Notes: a model not told the origin generated them from the letters alone. Numbered from the stretch's first letter, positions 9,479 through 20,215 are shown. The stretch is 64,000 nucleotides of DNA from Lachnospiraceae bacterium (GCA_009774145.1 VSND01000010.1:14335-78334); one strand, 5' to 3'. Numbers and translations: made by a program.

Positions 9479-10346
9479 TTGTCTGAAGAAGCATGGCCTG
9501 TTCATTGGCGGCATCCAGCCAGTCCAGATACAGCTTTTCTTCCACAGCCTCCTCTACAGCGGCATTGATCTCTGTAAGAAGCTCTGTCTCTCCTTTGACT
9601 ACGCCGCCCACGATGCCTTCTGCATCATAAGGTAATTCTGCCCCGGAGAGAACCAGCTCCGGGCGTTCTTTCATAATTTTCTGTGCCATCGCTTCATCCA
9701 GAACCGCCCCTGCCGCTGTTCCAAGCCTCAGCATCAGAACCGCTCCGGTAGCCCGCTCCGTCAGTTCCAGATAAGAGCCGGGAAGCTGTTCCGCTACCAG
9801 CTGTGCCTGAAGGCTTCCGTACTGTGCCGCTACTGTCTTCCCTTCAAAATCCTCCAGCTTCGACAGCTTTCCTTTCTGCGACTCCTTCACCAGCAGCACC
9901 TGCCGCCCCGGCTTATAATACACTCTGGTAAAATCCATTTTCTCCTCACGCTCAGCTTCCGGAAGCATGCCCAGAAGCACCAGATCCACGCTGCCTTCTT
10001 CCACGGCATTCATGCATGCCTCAAAATCCATCTCGACAAATTCTGCTTCCACTCCCAGTTTCTGCGCAATATATGTACCCAGTTCGATGTCGCTCCCGCC
10101 ATACGGAATCCCTCCGGCCTCTCCCGGTATCTCAAATGCAAACGGCGCATAATCCGCAGATATCCCGATCCGGAGTTTTCCCAGCTGCTGCACGGCTTCC
10201 AGCCTGTTTCCGGCAGTTCTCTGCCCCGCCTCTTCCGATGCTCCGGATGCTGCTGTCAGAGGGAATCCTCCGGAACATCCGCTCCCAGACAGCGCCAGGA
10301 TTCCCGCCAGGCAGACTGCAGCCATCTTCTTCCCTTTTTTACCCAT
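9468..10346 (-). CDS. Amino-acid-type ABC substrate-binding lipoprotein (SBP family 3), orphan
   Basis: Signal peptide with a lipobox-like LSGSGC and an SBP_bac_3-like core (LRIGISADYAPFAF). No permease or ATPase gene is adjacent. Confidence 0.75.
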   Translation of the reverse strand: MGKKGKKMAAVCLAGILALSGSGCSGGFPLTAASGASEEAGQRTAGNRLEAVQQLGKLRIGISADYAPFAFEIPGEAGGIPYGGSDIELGTYIAQKLGVEAEFVEMDFEACMNAVEEGSVDLVLLGMLPEAEREEKMDFTRVYYKPGRQVLLVKESQKGKLSKLEDFEGKTVAAQYGSLQAQLVAEQLPGSYLELTERATGAVLMLRLGTAAGAVLDEAMAQKIMKERPELVLSGAELPYDAEGIVGGVVKGETELLTEINAAVEEAVEEKLYLDWLDAANEQAMLLQTTTR

Positions 10347-10450
10347 ATATCATGTTCCTTTCCTGTCTGAATAGAACACTTCCATCTTTCCTTTACACTT
10401 TCTCCATACTCGATTTCCACAGTACACGAACCGGTGACTGCCAGACATAT

Positions 10451-10480
10451 AAAAAGGCTCCGGAAACCGTTTCCGAAGCC
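10451..10480 (-). terminator. Intrinsic terminator after tRNA-Trp
   Basis: The minus strand reads GGCTTCGGAAAC-G-GTTTCCGGAGCC followed by TTTTT. Confidence 0.65.
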
Positions 10481-10484
10481 CGAA

Positions 10485-10557
10485 CAGGGACAGAAGGACT
10501 CGAACCCTCGACATTTGGTTTTGGAGACCAACGTTCTACCGACTGAACTATATCCCT
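10485..10557 (-). tRNA. trnW: tRNA-Trp (anticodon CCA)
   Basis: Hand-folded cloverleaf: acceptor AGGGATA/TGTCCCT, D-arm GTTC..GAAC, anticodon stem TTGGT/ACCAA with loop CTCCAAA, T-arm GAGGG-TTCGAGT-CCTTC. 73 nt, with no encoded CCA. Confidence 0.9.
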
Positions 10558-10632
10558 GTATCTTTGACACTCGGATAATATACCACATAATCTCGATCAT
10601 GTCAATATTTTTCCAAAATTTTTATCCGTGTT

Positions 10633-12000
10633 TCATATCACCCGCAGTGCATCCCTTACCGTCGCAACTCCCGCCAGCTCGATTCCGGTGATGTTTTTCA
10701 CCTGCTCCAGACTGCTCTTTGGAAGGACTGCTTTTGTAAACCCAAGCTTCTTCGCTTCCTGAATCCTCTGCTGCACCATACTGACCGCACGGACCTCTCC
10801 GCTTAATCCCACCTCTCCGAAGACGATCGTCTTTTCGGAAACCGGGACATCCTTATAGCTGGAGATCACCGCAAGGACCAGCGCCAGATCCATGGCAGGC
10901 TCATTCAGGCGTATTCCGCCTGCAATGTTCACATAAGCATCATAGCTGGACAGCGGAAGGTTCAGCCGCTTCTCCAGAACCGCCATCAGAAGGTTGACCC
11001 GGTTGTAATCGATCCCTGCGGACGTACGCCTTGGAAGCCCGAAATTCGTCTTGCAGACCAGTGCCTGCACTTCCAGAAGCATGGGCCTTGTACCCTCCAT
11101 GGTACAGGCAACTACGGAACCGGAAGCCCCTTCCGGCTTCCCGCTCAGCATATATTCCGAAGGGTTCGCAACCTCTCTTAAACCGTCCTCCCGCATCTCA
11201 AACACGCCGATTTCATTCGTGGAGCCAAAGCGGTTCTTTACTCCGCGCAGAATCCGGTAGGAGGCATGACGGTCTCCTTCAAAATAAAGCACCGTATCCA
11301 CCATATGCTCCAGCACCCGGGGACCGGCCACCGTTCCTTCCTTCGTCACATGGCCCACAATAAATATGGTAATCCCCTGTTCCTTTGCCAGACGCATCAG
11401 TACTCCGGTGGCTTCACGGACCTGAGAGACGCTTCCGGGCGCGGAAGAGACCGCCTCCTGATACATGGTCTGTATGGAATCAATGACCACCGCCTCCGGC
11501 TTTTCCCTGAGGACAATTTCTTCAATATCTGACAGATTTGTCTCGCACAGAAGCTTGAAAGATTCCTGAAAGTTCCCGATGCGCAGAGCACGCAGCCTGA
11601 TCTGCTGCAAAGATTCCTCTCCGGATATATAGAGAAGATTCTGCATCCGCTCCGCCAGATTCCTGCACACCTGCAGAAGCAGCGTGGACTTTCCGATTCC
11701 CGGATCTCCTCCTACCAGAATCAGGGAGCCGGGTACGATCCCGCCGCCCAGCACCTGGTCCAGTTCTGCCATTCCGGTGGAAACCCGCTCCTGCTCCCCG
11801 GATGGAATGCGGGCAAGACTGACCGGACTGCTTCTGGCCCTTCCCTGACCGTTCCTGCCGGCGGCCGCTCCCCTGGTCTTTCCTGCCTTTGGTTCTTCTA
11901 CGAAGGTATTCCATTCGTGGCATGCCGGACACTGTCCTGACCATTTGGCTGATTCATATCCGCAGTTCTGACAGAAGAATACCATACTGCCCTTTTTCAT
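10633..12000 (-). CDS. radA: DNA repair protein RadA/Sms
   Basis: C4 zinc finger CQNCGY..GQCPAC, Walker A GGDPGIGKST, KNRFG motif, and a Lon-like C-terminal domain. Overlaps the clpC stop by 4 nt. Confidence 0.95.
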   Translation of the reverse strand: MKKGSMVFFCQNCGYESAKWSGQCPACHEWNTFVEEPKAGKTRGAAAGRNGQGRARSSPVSLARIPSGEQERVSTGMAELDQVLGGGIVPGSLILVGGDPGIGKSTLLLQVCRNLAERMQNLLYISGEESLQQIRLRALRIGNFQESFKLLCETNLSDIEEIVLREKPEAVVIDSIQTMYQEAVSSAPGSVSQVREATGVLMRLAKEQGITIFIVGHVTKEGTVAGPRVLEHMVDTVLYFEGDRHASYRILRGVKNRFGSTNEIGVFEMREDGLREVANPSEYMLSGKPEGASGSVVACTMEGTRPMLLEVQALVCKTNFGLPRRTSAGIDYNRVNLLMAVLEKRLNLPLSSYDAYVNIAGGIRLNEPAMDLALVLAVISSYKDVPVSEKTIVFGEVGLSGEVRAVSMVQQRIQEAKKLGFTKAVLPKSSLEQVKNITGIELAGVATVRDALRVI

Positions 12001-14423
12001 GCCGGTTCCTCCGGACGGACCGTCACACGAACCTTGCCGTTTACCACCTTTACATCCACATGGCTGCCCTCCGGTATCTGTCCTTTCAGAATCTCATCCG
12101 CCAGCACATCCTCCAGCCGGTTCTGGATCACACGCCTCAGGGGCCTTGCGCCATATTTTACATCATATCCGGTCTCTGCCAGCCATTTTCTTACAGAATC
12201 CTTAAAAGATACCCGGATGGAAAGCTGACGGTAACAGCGCTTTTCCAGTTCCAGCAGAAGCATCCCTGCAATGCGTGAAATCTCTTCCTTCTGCAGTGCA
12301 TGAAATACGATCGTTTCATCAATCCGGTTTAAAAACTCCGGACGGAAAATCTTCTTCACCTCATTCATAACACTGTTTTTCATGAATTCATAATCCTGTC
12401 TGGCGTTTTCCGCAGAAGCAAATCCCAGCTTCTTCGGCGATATGATAGCGCCGGCGCCTGCATTGGAAGTCATGATAATAACCGTATTTTTAAAATTCAC
12501 TTTTCTGCCCTGTGAATCCGTAATATGCCCGTCATCCAGCACCTGCAGCAGAATGTTAAATACATCCGGATGCGCTTTTTCGATCTCATCAAACAGCACG
12601 ACCGAATAGGGATTTCTGCGGACCTTCTCGCTCAGCTGCCCGCCGTCATCATGCCCCACATATCCCGGCGGGGAACCGATCATCTTCGACACGCTGTGTT
12701 TCTCCATATATTCGGACATGTCTACCCGGATCATGGCATCCTCCCTGCCGAACAGGACTTCGGCAAGCGCTTTGGAAAGCTCCGTCTTCCCCACACCGGT
12801 GGGACCCAGGAACAGAAAAGAACCGATGGGGCGTCCGGGATCCTTTAATCCCACCCGTCCGCGTTTGACTGCTTTGGCCACTGCAGTCACGGCCTCCTCC
12901 TGGCCGACCACTCTTTTATGAAGTGTCTGCTCCAGACGGCGAAGCTTCTGGGATTCCGCTTCCGCCAGCCTCTGTACCGGGATCCTGGTCCATTTGGAGA
13001 CTGTCAGAGCAATCTGTTCTTCGGTCACGGTATTGGCGGTCCTTCTTGCTTTTTTGCGGTCTCTTGCTGCCAGTTTTTCTTCCAGTCTCTTCACTTCCTG
13101 CCGGCAGGACCGTGCTTTTTCCAGATCGCCTTCCATGAGGGCATTTTCCAGCTCCTCCTTCGCCTGGCCCAGTTCCTGCAGCACATCGAAGCGGCTGTTT
13201 CCCGGGCTGTACTGCCCCATGCGAAGTCCTGCGGCCGCTTCATCCATCAGATCGATCGCCTTATCCGGCAGAAAACGGTCATTGATATAACGTTCCGACA
13301 GTCTGGCCGCCGCCTCCAGCGCCCCATCCGTGATCTTCACCTGATGATGCTTCTCATAATACGGACGCAGTCCTTTCAGAATCTCCACCGTCTGACCCAC
13401 ATCTGCTTCTTCCACCATCACAGGCTGAAACCTGCGTTCCAGCGCCGCATCCTTTTCAATATGTTTCCGGTATTCCTCCAGTGTCGTCGCGCCGATGATC
13501 TGGATCTCACCTCTGGCCATGGCGGGTTTCAGAATATTCGAAGCATCCATGGCGCCTTCCGCCCCGCCTGCTCCGATGATCATGTGAAGCTCATCAATAA
13601 ACAGCAGAATCTCTCCCGACTGCCGCACTTCGTCGATCACATTCTTGATACGCTCTTCAAATTCTCCCCGGTATTTGGAACCGGCTACCATTGCCGTCAG
13701 ATCCAGAATGCACAGCCTTTTTCCCAGAATGTTTTCCGGCACCTGCCCGGCTGCGATCCTTGCCGCCAGCCCCTCTACAACAGCTGTCTTGCCGACTCCC
13801 GGTTCCCCGATCAGGCAGGGATTATTTTTGGTCCGGCGGCTTAGTACCTGGAGCACTCTCCGGATCTCTTCTTCCCTTCCGATCACCGGATCCAGCTTTC
13901 CGTCCCTGGCCAGAGCGGTCAGGTCCCTGCTGTACTGGTCCAGCGTCTGCGTACCGCGGCCCCTGCTGTCCTCTTTGTACTCGGATGCTTTCTCTCCCAT
14001 CGAAGCGATCAGCTCCGTATACACTTCCCGCAGACGGATATTCATCGTATTTAAAAGCCGGGAACCCACGCATTCCCCGTCCTTCAGAATCGCAATCAGA
14101 ATGTGCTCCGTTCCGACCAGGGCTTCGCGGAAGCGCCTTGCCTCGGCGGCGGCATCCTCCAGAATCTTTCTGGCTCTTGGAGTATAAGCCCGCTTCCCGC
14201 CTGAAACCACATCATTTTCCGGCGCAATCAGCTGCCGGATCATATCGGTCAGCCCTTCTTCCGTGACGCCGACTCCGGACAGCACCTGCCCGGCCGAGCC
14301 GGACGATTCTTTCAAAAGCCCGATCAGTATATGTTCGGTCCCGATATAGGGATGCTTCAGTTGGGCAGATACTTTTCTGGCCAGTTTCAGCGCCTGTTCC
14401 GCCCTCTCTGTATAAATCTGCAT
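11997..14423 (-). CDS. clpC: ATP-dependent Clp protease ATP-binding subunit ClpC
   Basis: Two Clp_N repeats and two AAA+ modules (GEPGVGKT and GPTGVGKT). 808 aa. Confidence 0.95.
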   Translation of the reverse strand: MQIYTERAEQALKLARKVSAQLKHPYIGTEHILIGLLKESSGSAGQVLSGVGVTEEGLTDMIRQLIAPENDVVSGGKRAYTPRARKILEDAAAEARRFREALVGTEHILIAILKDGECVGSRLLNTMNIRLREVYTELIASMGEKASEYKEDSRGRGTQTLDQYSRDLTALARDGKLDPVIGREEEIRRVLQVLSRRTKNNPCLIGEPGVGKTAVVEGLAARIAAGQVPENILGKRLCILDLTAMVAGSKYRGEFEERIKNVIDEVRQSGEILLFIDELHMIIGAGGAEGAMDASNILKPAMARGEIQIIGATTLEEYRKHIEKDAALERRFQPVMVEEADVGQTVEILKGLRPYYEKHHQVKITDGALEAAARLSERYINDRFLPDKAIDLMDEAAAGLRMGQYSPGNSRFDVLQELGQAKEELENALMEGDLEKARSCRQEVKRLEEKLAARDRKKARRTANTVTEEQIALTVSKWTRIPVQRLAEAESQKLRRLEQTLHKRVVGQEEAVTAVAKAVKRGRVGLKDPGRPIGSFLFLGPTGVGKTELSKALAEVLFGREDAMIRVDMSEYMEKHSVSKMIGSPPGYVGHDDGGQLSEKVRRNPYSVVLFDEIEKAHPDVFNILLQVLDDGHITDSQGRKVNFKNTVIIMTSNAGAGAIISPKKLGFASAENARQDYEFMKNSVMNEVKKIFRPEFLNRIDETIVFHALQKEEISRIAGMLLLELEKRCYRQLSIRVSFKDSVRKWLAETGYDVKYGARPLRRVIQNRLEDVLADEILKGQIPEGSHVDVKVVNGKVRVTVRPEEPA

Positions 14424-14432
14424 AATCTCCTC

Positions 14433-14804
14433 CTACTCCCCATATTCTGCATAAATGTCATCGATCAACTCATGAACTTCTTCCCGGGTAATATTTTTAC
14501 AGCTTCCCTTGGCCAGTATGACCAGAAGCTCTCTTTTCATCTCATTGACTGCCTTCCGCTTATCTGCATCGACTGCCACGACTGCCCCGCTCCGCCGGTC
14601 CAGACGGATATAGCCCTCCTGCCTCAGGAGGCTGTAGGCTTTGTTGACCGTATGCATGTTGATGCCGATCTCATCCGCCAGCTGACGCACGCTGGGAAGC
14701 GTATCTCCTTCCCGGAGCCTTGATGTGGCGATCCCAATGATGATCTGATCGCAGAGCTGTACATAAAATGCTTTATCACTGTTAAAATCAATCTCCAGAT
14801 ACAT
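14433..14804 (-). CDS. Short GntR-family (YtrA-like) transcriptional regulator
   Basis: ORF 14433..14861 trimmed to the ATG at 14804, where the family-typical N-terminus starts. wHTH: LPSVRQLADEIGINMHTVNKAYSLL. 123 aa, 9 nt upstream of clpC. Confidence 0.85.
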   Translation of the reverse strand: MYLEIDFNSDKAFYVQLCDQIIIGIATSRLREGDTLPSVRQLADEIGINMHTVNKAYSLLRQEGYIRLDRRSGAVVAVDADKRKAVNEMKRELLVILAKGSCKNITREEVHELIDDIYAEYGE

Positions 14805-14821
14805 TTTGCCACCTGTCCTTT

Positions 14822-14855
14822 GTAAAATCAAAAGGCATCCATGGTCTGCCTTTTT
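14822..14855 (-). terminator. Terminator-like hairpin in the GntR-clpC leader
   Basis: The minus strand reads AAAAGGCA-GACCATGGA-TGCCTTTT followed by GATTTT, ending about 18 nt before the GntR start codon. It could terminate the upstream gene or act as a leader attenuator. Confidence 0.35.
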
Positions 14856-15057
14856 CTGCATGGATTGCGTATGTTATATACACAGTATAACAGTTTTGCT
14901 GCATTCGGTCAACCCGACAATCAAGACACACTAATGCAGATTTCATTTCAAAATTACTGTTCAGGCGTCCGGACGAAAGCAGCAAATACGGCTTCGGAAT
15001 CCGGCAGCGCCCAAAGGCGCTTCCTGATACCCAAAGCCGCATGACAAACAGCACCTG

Positions 15058-16392
15058 CTAGTTTTCATCATCCAGATCATCCAGATCGATAATCTCCAGA
15101 TCCAGATCATCCTCTTCGTCCTCTTCCTCTTCCCAGTGCACAGGCTCCTGAAAATCAGACTCGTTCTCCTCCAGGTTTCCGGTTACGTAGGAACTGGACC
15201 CCGACTGGTCCCCGGATTCCTCCATCTCTTCCTCTTTTGGCATCTCCATCTTTCTCATGCGAAGGTACATCAGAATCAGCACGTTCAGCAGCACCACAAC
15301 GAGAATGATGAGGATCAGAATCGTATACAGCCTCCTGGCCATGATCCGGTCATAACGCTGAGCCTGTTCGCTCGCTTCCGCCCGCAGCCCGATTTCCTTT
15401 TCCTCCAGTTCCAGAATATAATTCTGTTCTCCCTGATATGCCACATCGTCAAACAGCTGCAGGGAATTCTTGTCATAGTCATAGCTGTACCATGCTTTTT
15501 CCCCGTCCTGGTTGATCCCATAGATCAAATATCTGTTTGTATCATCCTGAATCTCGTCCACTCCGTCAATGATCACATGCTTCAGAGCCGGAATCTCGTA
15601 CTTGGGGCCCCACCCCAGATTCACCGGTGTGTAACGGGTCGGTACATGAACACCTTCTTCCGGTTCAATGAAGATCACATCATCGTTCCCGCTCTCCATC
15701 TGTACAAAAGGAATCACGTTCCCGGTATCCGGGTTATAGACAAAATCATCCCGGTAGCTTCCGTTGTCGCTCCTGAGCCTTACCACATACAGATCCAGCG
15801 TATTGTGCTTCAGCACCCGGCTGTCAATTCCCTGAATGTCCAGATGGACGGCCTCAAAGCCTTCGATGTTATCCGGACGACGCACATAAAAGGTTCTTTC
15901 GTCAATCACGAAACTGGCACGGGTTCCATCCTCTTCTTCCCCGCTCTCTTCCTCCGTCTCTTCCGAAGAAACCGGCTCTCCGCTCAGCACATCGATCTCG
16001 GTTCCGTCCACAACAATCGTACATGCCGTGACGGCAACCGCAGCATTTCCGTCTTCATTCCCCTGAAACCTCACAGAAAAGGAAACCTCTTTGCTGTCAG
16101 GCCTGCTGCTCAGCTGAACGCTTCCATTTCCGCCGTTTCCGGAGAAATTATCCCCGCCGCTTCCGGACACATAGGTCAGAAGCTCCCGGTCATAAGAAAG
16201 AGTCAGGGTTACGCTCTCCATTGCCTCATCATTTGTAATCGTATATTCAGCAGCAACCATTTCATCAGCCGTTACCGTCAGTTCGGTATCTCCTTCCACG
16301 GAAGGCGCCGCCAGAACCGTTATACCGGAACATAACAAAAAGCCCGCCATCAGAATTCCTGCCAGTCCTGATAAATATCCTCTACTTTTCAT
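15058..16392 (-). CDS. Secreted/membrane-anchored protein of unknown function (N-terminal signal peptide, C-terminal TM helix, poly-acidic tail)
   Basis: Signal peptide MKSRGYLSGLAGILMAGFLLCSGITVLA, a single TM helix LYTILILIILVVVLLNVLILMYL, and the tail EEEEDEEDDLDLEIIDLDDLDDEN. Confidence 0.6.
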   Translation of the reverse strand: MKSRGYLSGLAGILMAGFLLCSGITVLAAPSVEGDTELTVTADEMVAAEYTITNDEAMESVTLTLSYDRELLTYVSGSGGDNFSGNGGNGSVQLSSRPDSKEVSFSVRFQGNEDGNAAVAVTACTIVVDGTEIDVLSGEPVSSEETEEESGEEEDGTRASFVIDERTFYVRRPDNIEGFEAVHLDIQGIDSRVLKHNTLDLYVVRLRSDNGSYRDDFVYNPDTGNVIPFVQMESGNDDVIFIEPEEGVHVPTRYTPVNLGWGPKYEIPALKHVIIDGVDEIQDDTNRYLIYGINQDGEKAWYSYDYDKNSLQLFDDVAYQGEQNYILELEEKEIGLRAEASEQAQRYDRIMARRLYTILILIILVVVLLNVLILMYLRMRKMEMPKEEEMEESGDQSGSSSYVTGNLEENESDFQEPVHWEEEEDEEDDLDLEIIDLDDLDDEN

Positions 16393-16499
16393 ACAATATT
16401 CTCTCTTTCCAAGCCTGTTTTGCCTTGAACCACTACAATAAGGCTTTCACAGGAGAAAGTCAACCGGTTTCACAAAACTTTCATGAAACTTTTACGTTT

Positions 16500-17783
16500 T
16501 CAGAGCGCCTGATCTGCCTCATCAATGGCTTTTCCAATATCAGATCGGCAGTATTTGTTGTCAAAATCCACCCATTTTACCGCTTCATAGGCATTGGCGC
16601 GTGCCGTCTTCAGGTCTTTTCCGGTGGCCGTCACGCCCAGGACGCGTCCGCCGTTTGTTACCAGCTTCCCGTCCTTCTTCATGCTGGCTGCATGGAAGAC
16701 ATTGTATCCTTCCCGGTTCTTAAAGTTCTCCAGACCCCGGATCTCATAGCCCTTCTCATAGCGGACCGGATAACCTTCGGATGCCAGCACCACACAGACT
16801 GCCGCGTTATCCTCGAACTCCAGTTCGATTCTGTCCAGCGTCCCGTCCACACATGCTTCCAGCACTTCCACAATGTCATTTTTCATGCGCGGCAGCACCA
16901 CCTGCGCCTCCGGATCGCCGAAACGCGCATTGTATTCCAGGACCCTGGGCCCCTTTTCCGTCAGCATGAGGCCAAAGAAGATCACTCCTTTGAATGCTCT
17001 TCCTTCTGCCGCCATGGCGTCTACCGTCTTCTGATAGATATATTCTTTACAGAAAGCATCCACTTCATCCGTGTAAAAAGGACTGGGGGAAAAGGTCCCC
17101 ATACCGCCGGTATTCAGCCCCTGGTCCCCATCCAGCGCCCGCTTGTGATCCTGGGCAGAGGTCATGGTTTTGATCGTCTTTCCGTCCACAAAACTCAGCA
17201 CCGATACTTCCCTTCCGGTCATAAATTCTTCGATCACCATCCGGCTGCCGGCCTCGCCGAATTTTTTGTCCGTCATGATGGATTTTACGCCTTCCCGGGC
17301 TTCCTCCAGCGTGTTGCAGATAAGAACGCCTTTTCCAAGCGCCAGCCCGTCCGCCTTCAGAACGATGGGCATGGAAGCCGTCTCCAGATAAGCCAGCGCT
17401 CTGTCCGGATCGTCAAAATTCTCATATGCCGCTGTGGGAATCCCGTATTTCTTCATCAGGTCTTTGGAAAACGCCTTGGAACCCTCCAGGATTGCCGCAT
17501 TTTTCCGCGGTCCGAATACCCGGATACCTTTTGCCTCGAACACATCCACGATGCCGCCCACCAGCGGGTCGTCCATGCCGATGACCGCCAGATCAATCTC
17601 TTTTTCCTTTGCAAATGCAGCCAGGCGCTCAAATTCCATGACGCCGATGTCCACGCATTCTGCACATTCTTCGATTCCTGCATTGCCCGGCGCACAGTAG
17701 ATTTTGTCCACCTTCGGACTCTGCGCCGCTTTCCATGCGATGGCATGCTCTCTGCCGCCGCCGCCTACGATCAATATCTTCAT
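16500..17783 (-). CDS. purD: Phosphoribosylamine-glycine ligase
   Basis: MKILIVGGGGREHA start (ATG at 17783, GGAGGA RBS) and an ATP-grasp core. Confidence 0.95.
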   Translation of the reverse strand: MKILIVGGGGREHAIAWKAAQSPKVDKIYCAPGNAGIEECAECVDIGVMEFERLAAFAKEKEIDLAVIGMDDPLVGGIVDVFEAKGIRVFGPRKNAAILEGSKAFSKDLMKKYGIPTAAYENFDDPDRALAYLETASMPIVLKADGLALGKGVLICNTLEEAREGVKSIMTDKKFGEAGSRMVIEEFMTGREVSVLSFVDGKTIKTMTSAQDHKRALDGDQGLNTGGMGTFSPSPFYTDEVDAFCKEYIYQKTVDAMAAEGRAFKGVIFFGLMLTEKGPRVLEYNARFGDPEAQVVLPRMKNDIVEVLEACVDGTLDRIELEFEDNAAVCVVLASEGYPVRYEKGYEIRGLENFKNREGYNVFHAASMKKDGKLVTNGGRVLGVTATGKDLKTARANAYEAVKWVDFDNKYCRSDIGKAIDEADQAL

Positions 17784-17795
17784 ACTGTCCTCCAC

Positions 17796-18422
17796 TTACT
17801 GTATCTCCATGACCTTTCCATCGGCCACCCGGATCTTCCCGTTTGCAATCAGATCGATCGCCTTTGGCATGATCACCCATTCTGCTTCTTCCATCACCCG
17901 CTGCTGCAGCGCCTTCGGCGTATCTCCCGGTTGGACTTCCACTGCCTTCTGAAGGATGATCGGGCCGGTATCGGTCCCTTTGTCTACAAAATGCACCGTG
18001 GCGCCGGTCACCTTTACCCCCCGCGACAGGACGCCCTCATGCACCTTCAGTCCGTAATAATCCGTTCCGCAAAAAGAGGGAATCAGCGACGGATGGATAT
18101 TGATGATCCGGTTCTCGTACCGTTCCACGATCTTTTCCGGAAGAACCACAAGGCACCCGGCCAGAACCACCAGATCCGCTCCTGACCGCTGAAGCGCCGC
18201 CAGAAGGGCATCGTGGAAGGCTTCCCGGTCCTCATAGTCTTTCGGCGTGATGCAGCATGCGGGGACTCCCGCCTTTTTTGCCCGTTCCAGCGCATACGCA
18301 TTCCGGTTGTTGCTGATCACCGTCTCAATCTTCGCATTGGTGATCCGCCCGTCGTCAATGGCATCCATGATCGCCTGCAGGTTCGTTCCGCCGCCGGATA
18401 CGAGGACCGCCAGCTTTAACAT
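17796..18422 (-). CDS. purN: Phosphoribosylglycinamide formyltransferase
   Basis: [13 protein letters not shown] and [10 protein letters not shown] motifs. 208 aa. Confidence 0.95.
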   Translation of the reverse strand: MLKLAVLVSGGGTNLQAIMDAIDDGRITNAKIETVISNNRNAYALERAKKAGVPACCITPKDYEDREAFHDALLAALQRSGADLVVLAGCLVVLPEKIVERYENRIINIHPSLIPSFCGTDYYGLKVHEGVLSRGVKVTGATVHFVDKGTDTGPIILQKAVEVQPGDTPKALQQRVMEEAEWVIMPKAIDLIANGKIRVADGKVMEIQ

Positions 18423-19441
18423 AATACGACTCCTTTTTCTCCCTTTTCGACAATTCCCACCACATAAGGATCTTCGCCGGCGGCCCGAATGGCTTCCATG
18501 GCCTTCTCCGTATCCGCCGGATCCACTGCCAGTACCATGCCAAGCCCCATATTATAGGTATTGTACATCATATCTTCTGCGATGTTTCCGTCTGTCTGCA
18601 GCATGCGGAAAATCGGAAGCACCGGGTAGCTGTCCTTCTTTACCACGGCCCGCACGCCGTCCGGAAGCATCCGCGGAATGTTCTCATAGAACCCTCCTCC
18701 GGTGATATGACTGCAGCCCTTGATGGTAACGCCTGCCTCTTTGACCCCGCGCAGCGCCTTCACATAGATCTTCGTGGGACGAAGCAGCGCTTCCCCAAGC
18801 GTGCTGCCAAGACTGTCGTAGTATGTATGCAGCGCTTCTTCGCTCATCCGGAATACTTTGCGCACCAGAGAAAAACCGTTGCTGTGCACGCCGGAAGACG
18901 CGATACCGATCAGGGTGTCTCCCTCTTTGATATCCGCTCCGGTAATCAGATCCTTTTCATCCACAATCCCGACGGCAAAACCCGCCAGATCGTATTCATC
19001 CTCCGGGTAGAATCCCGGCATCTCCGCGGTCTCCCCGCCGATTAACGCCGCGCCTGCCTGCCTGCAGCCCTCTGCCACACCGCTTACGATGGTCGCAATC
19101 TTCTCCGGATAATTCTTTCCGCATGCGATATAGTCCAGAAAAAACAGCGGTTCTCCGCCTGCACAGGCAATATCATTGACGCACATCGCCACGCAGTCGA
19201 TGCCGACGGTATCATGCCGGTCCATCAGAAATGCCAGTTTCAGCTTCGTTCCCACACCGTCCGTGCCGGACACCAGCGTCGGTTTTTCCATATTCTTGAA
19301 AGCACTCATGGAAAATGCTCCCGAAAAACCGCCCAGGCCTCCCAGTACTTCCGGCCGCATGGTCGCTTTTACATGCTCCTTCATCAGTTCCACCGATCTG
19401 TAACCGGCCTCAATGTCAACACCTGCGTTCTTATAATCCAT
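18416..19441 (-). CDS. purM: Phosphoribosylformylglycinamidine cyclo-ligase
   Basis: [11 protein letters not shown] start and GTDGVGTKL. 341 aa. Confidence 0.95.
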   Translation of the reverse strand: MDYKNAGVDIEAGYRSVELMKEHVKATMRPEVLGGLGGFSGAFSMSAFKNMEKPTLVSGTDGVGTKLKLAFLMDRHDTVGIDCVAMCVNDIACAGGEPLFFLDYIACGKNYPEKIATIVSGVAEGCRQAGAALIGGETAEMPGFYPEDEYDLAGFAVGIVDEKDLITGADIKEGDTLIGIASSGVHSNGFSLVRKVFRMSEEALHTYYDSLGSTLGEALLRPTKIYVKALRGVKEAGVTIKGCSHITGGGFYENIPRMLPDGVRAVVKKDSYPVLPIFRMLQTDGNIAEDMMYNTYNMGLGMVLAVDPADTEKAMEAIRAAGEDPYVVGIVEKGEKGVVLC

Positions 19442-19569
19442 CTGCTATCCTCCTGTCAGAGTCCTGCACCTGCCGTTCACAATCTCCCGGATCCGTAAAA
19501 GATTCCGAACCGCCCCTGCATCTGCAAAATCCTTTCGGGCGTCGTCCCGGCAGCTGCTGTTATTATGTT

Positions 19570-20085
19570 TTACCTCATCTGCGCCAGATACGCCTGATAT
19601 CCCATCTCATCCAGCTTTTTGGCTTTTCCTTCCACTTCCTGCTTCATCTCTTCCGAACAGGCCTTCAGCCGCTTCAGAAGCTCTGCATCCGACGTTGCCA
19701 GGATCTTTGCCGCCAGGATTCCTGCGTTGGCGCCGCCGTTGATCGCCACCGTTGCCACCGGAATACCGCTGGGCATCTGCACAATGGAATACAGAGAGTC
19801 CACGCCGCCCAGATCCGAAGTCTTCATGGGAATGCCGATGACCGGCATCGGAAAGATCGCCGCACACATGCCCGGAAGATGCGCCGCCTTGCCTGCTCCT
19901 GCGATGATCACTTTGAAGCCTTTTTCTTCCGCGCCTCTGGCATACTCAAAAAATACATCCGGCTCCCTGTGAGCGGAGATGATCGTCATCTCATAATCCA
20001 CTCCCAGCTTCTCCAGTACCTCTGCCGCCCTGCTCATAACCGGAAGATCCGAATCGCTGCCCATCACAATTCCTACTCTTGCCAT
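19570..20085 (-). CDS. purE: 5-(carboxyamino)imidazole ribonucleotide mutase
   Basis: ORF trimmed to the ATG at 20085 (AAGGAGA RBS). Motifs VGIVMGSDSDLPVM and GAGKAAHLPGM. Confidence 0.95.
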   Translation of the reverse strand: MARVGIVMGSDSDLPVMSRAAEVLEKLGVDYEMTIISAHREPDVFFEYARGAEEKGFKVIIAGAGKAAHLPGMCAAIFPMPVIGIPMKTSDLGGVDSLYSIVQMPSGIPVATVAINGGANAGILAAKILATSDAELLKRLKACSEEMKQEVEGKAKKLDEMGYQAYLAQMR

Positions 20086-20176
20086 TTTCAGTCTCCTTTT
20101 CTCCAATGGTTTATTATGACATTTTATAAGTGCTGCTAATAAATAAATCGTGATCATTTATTTTAACTTATGAGTT

Positions 20177-20205
20177 ATCTTACCGTGACTCCTCCGGCTT
20201 GTCAA
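20177..20205 (-). promoter_or_regulatory. Candidate sigma-70-type promoter for the pur operon
   Basis: The minus strand reads TTGACA (20205-20200), a 17-nt spacer, then TAAGAT (20182-20177). It lies about 90 nt upstream of purE. Confidence 0.4.
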
Positions 20206-20215
20206 GACGGAACTG

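Noticed and set aside
12918-14266. Plus-strand ORFs of 180-308 aa inside clpC
   Set aside because: They are antisense shadows of a highly conserved gene. GC-rich third positions keep the opposite frames open.
14907-14921. CtsR-box-like GGTCAAcccGACAAT upstream of the GntR-clpC operon
   Set aside because: Only one half resembles the GGTCAAA heptad, the second half matches poorly, and the strand and position are not compelling.
16425-18185. 586-aa plus-strand ORF
   Set aside because: It is an antisense shadow of purD/purN. The composition is His/Arg/Phe-rich, there are no family motifs, and the minus-strand genes are unambiguous.
20086-20215. Purine or ZTP riboswitch expected upstream of purE
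   Set aside because: I could not find the conserved purine-riboswitch core (UAUAAU..GGAUAUGG..CCGUAAA..GACUA) or ZTP motifs in the leader. Only a promoter-like TTGACA-N17-TAAGAT is present.
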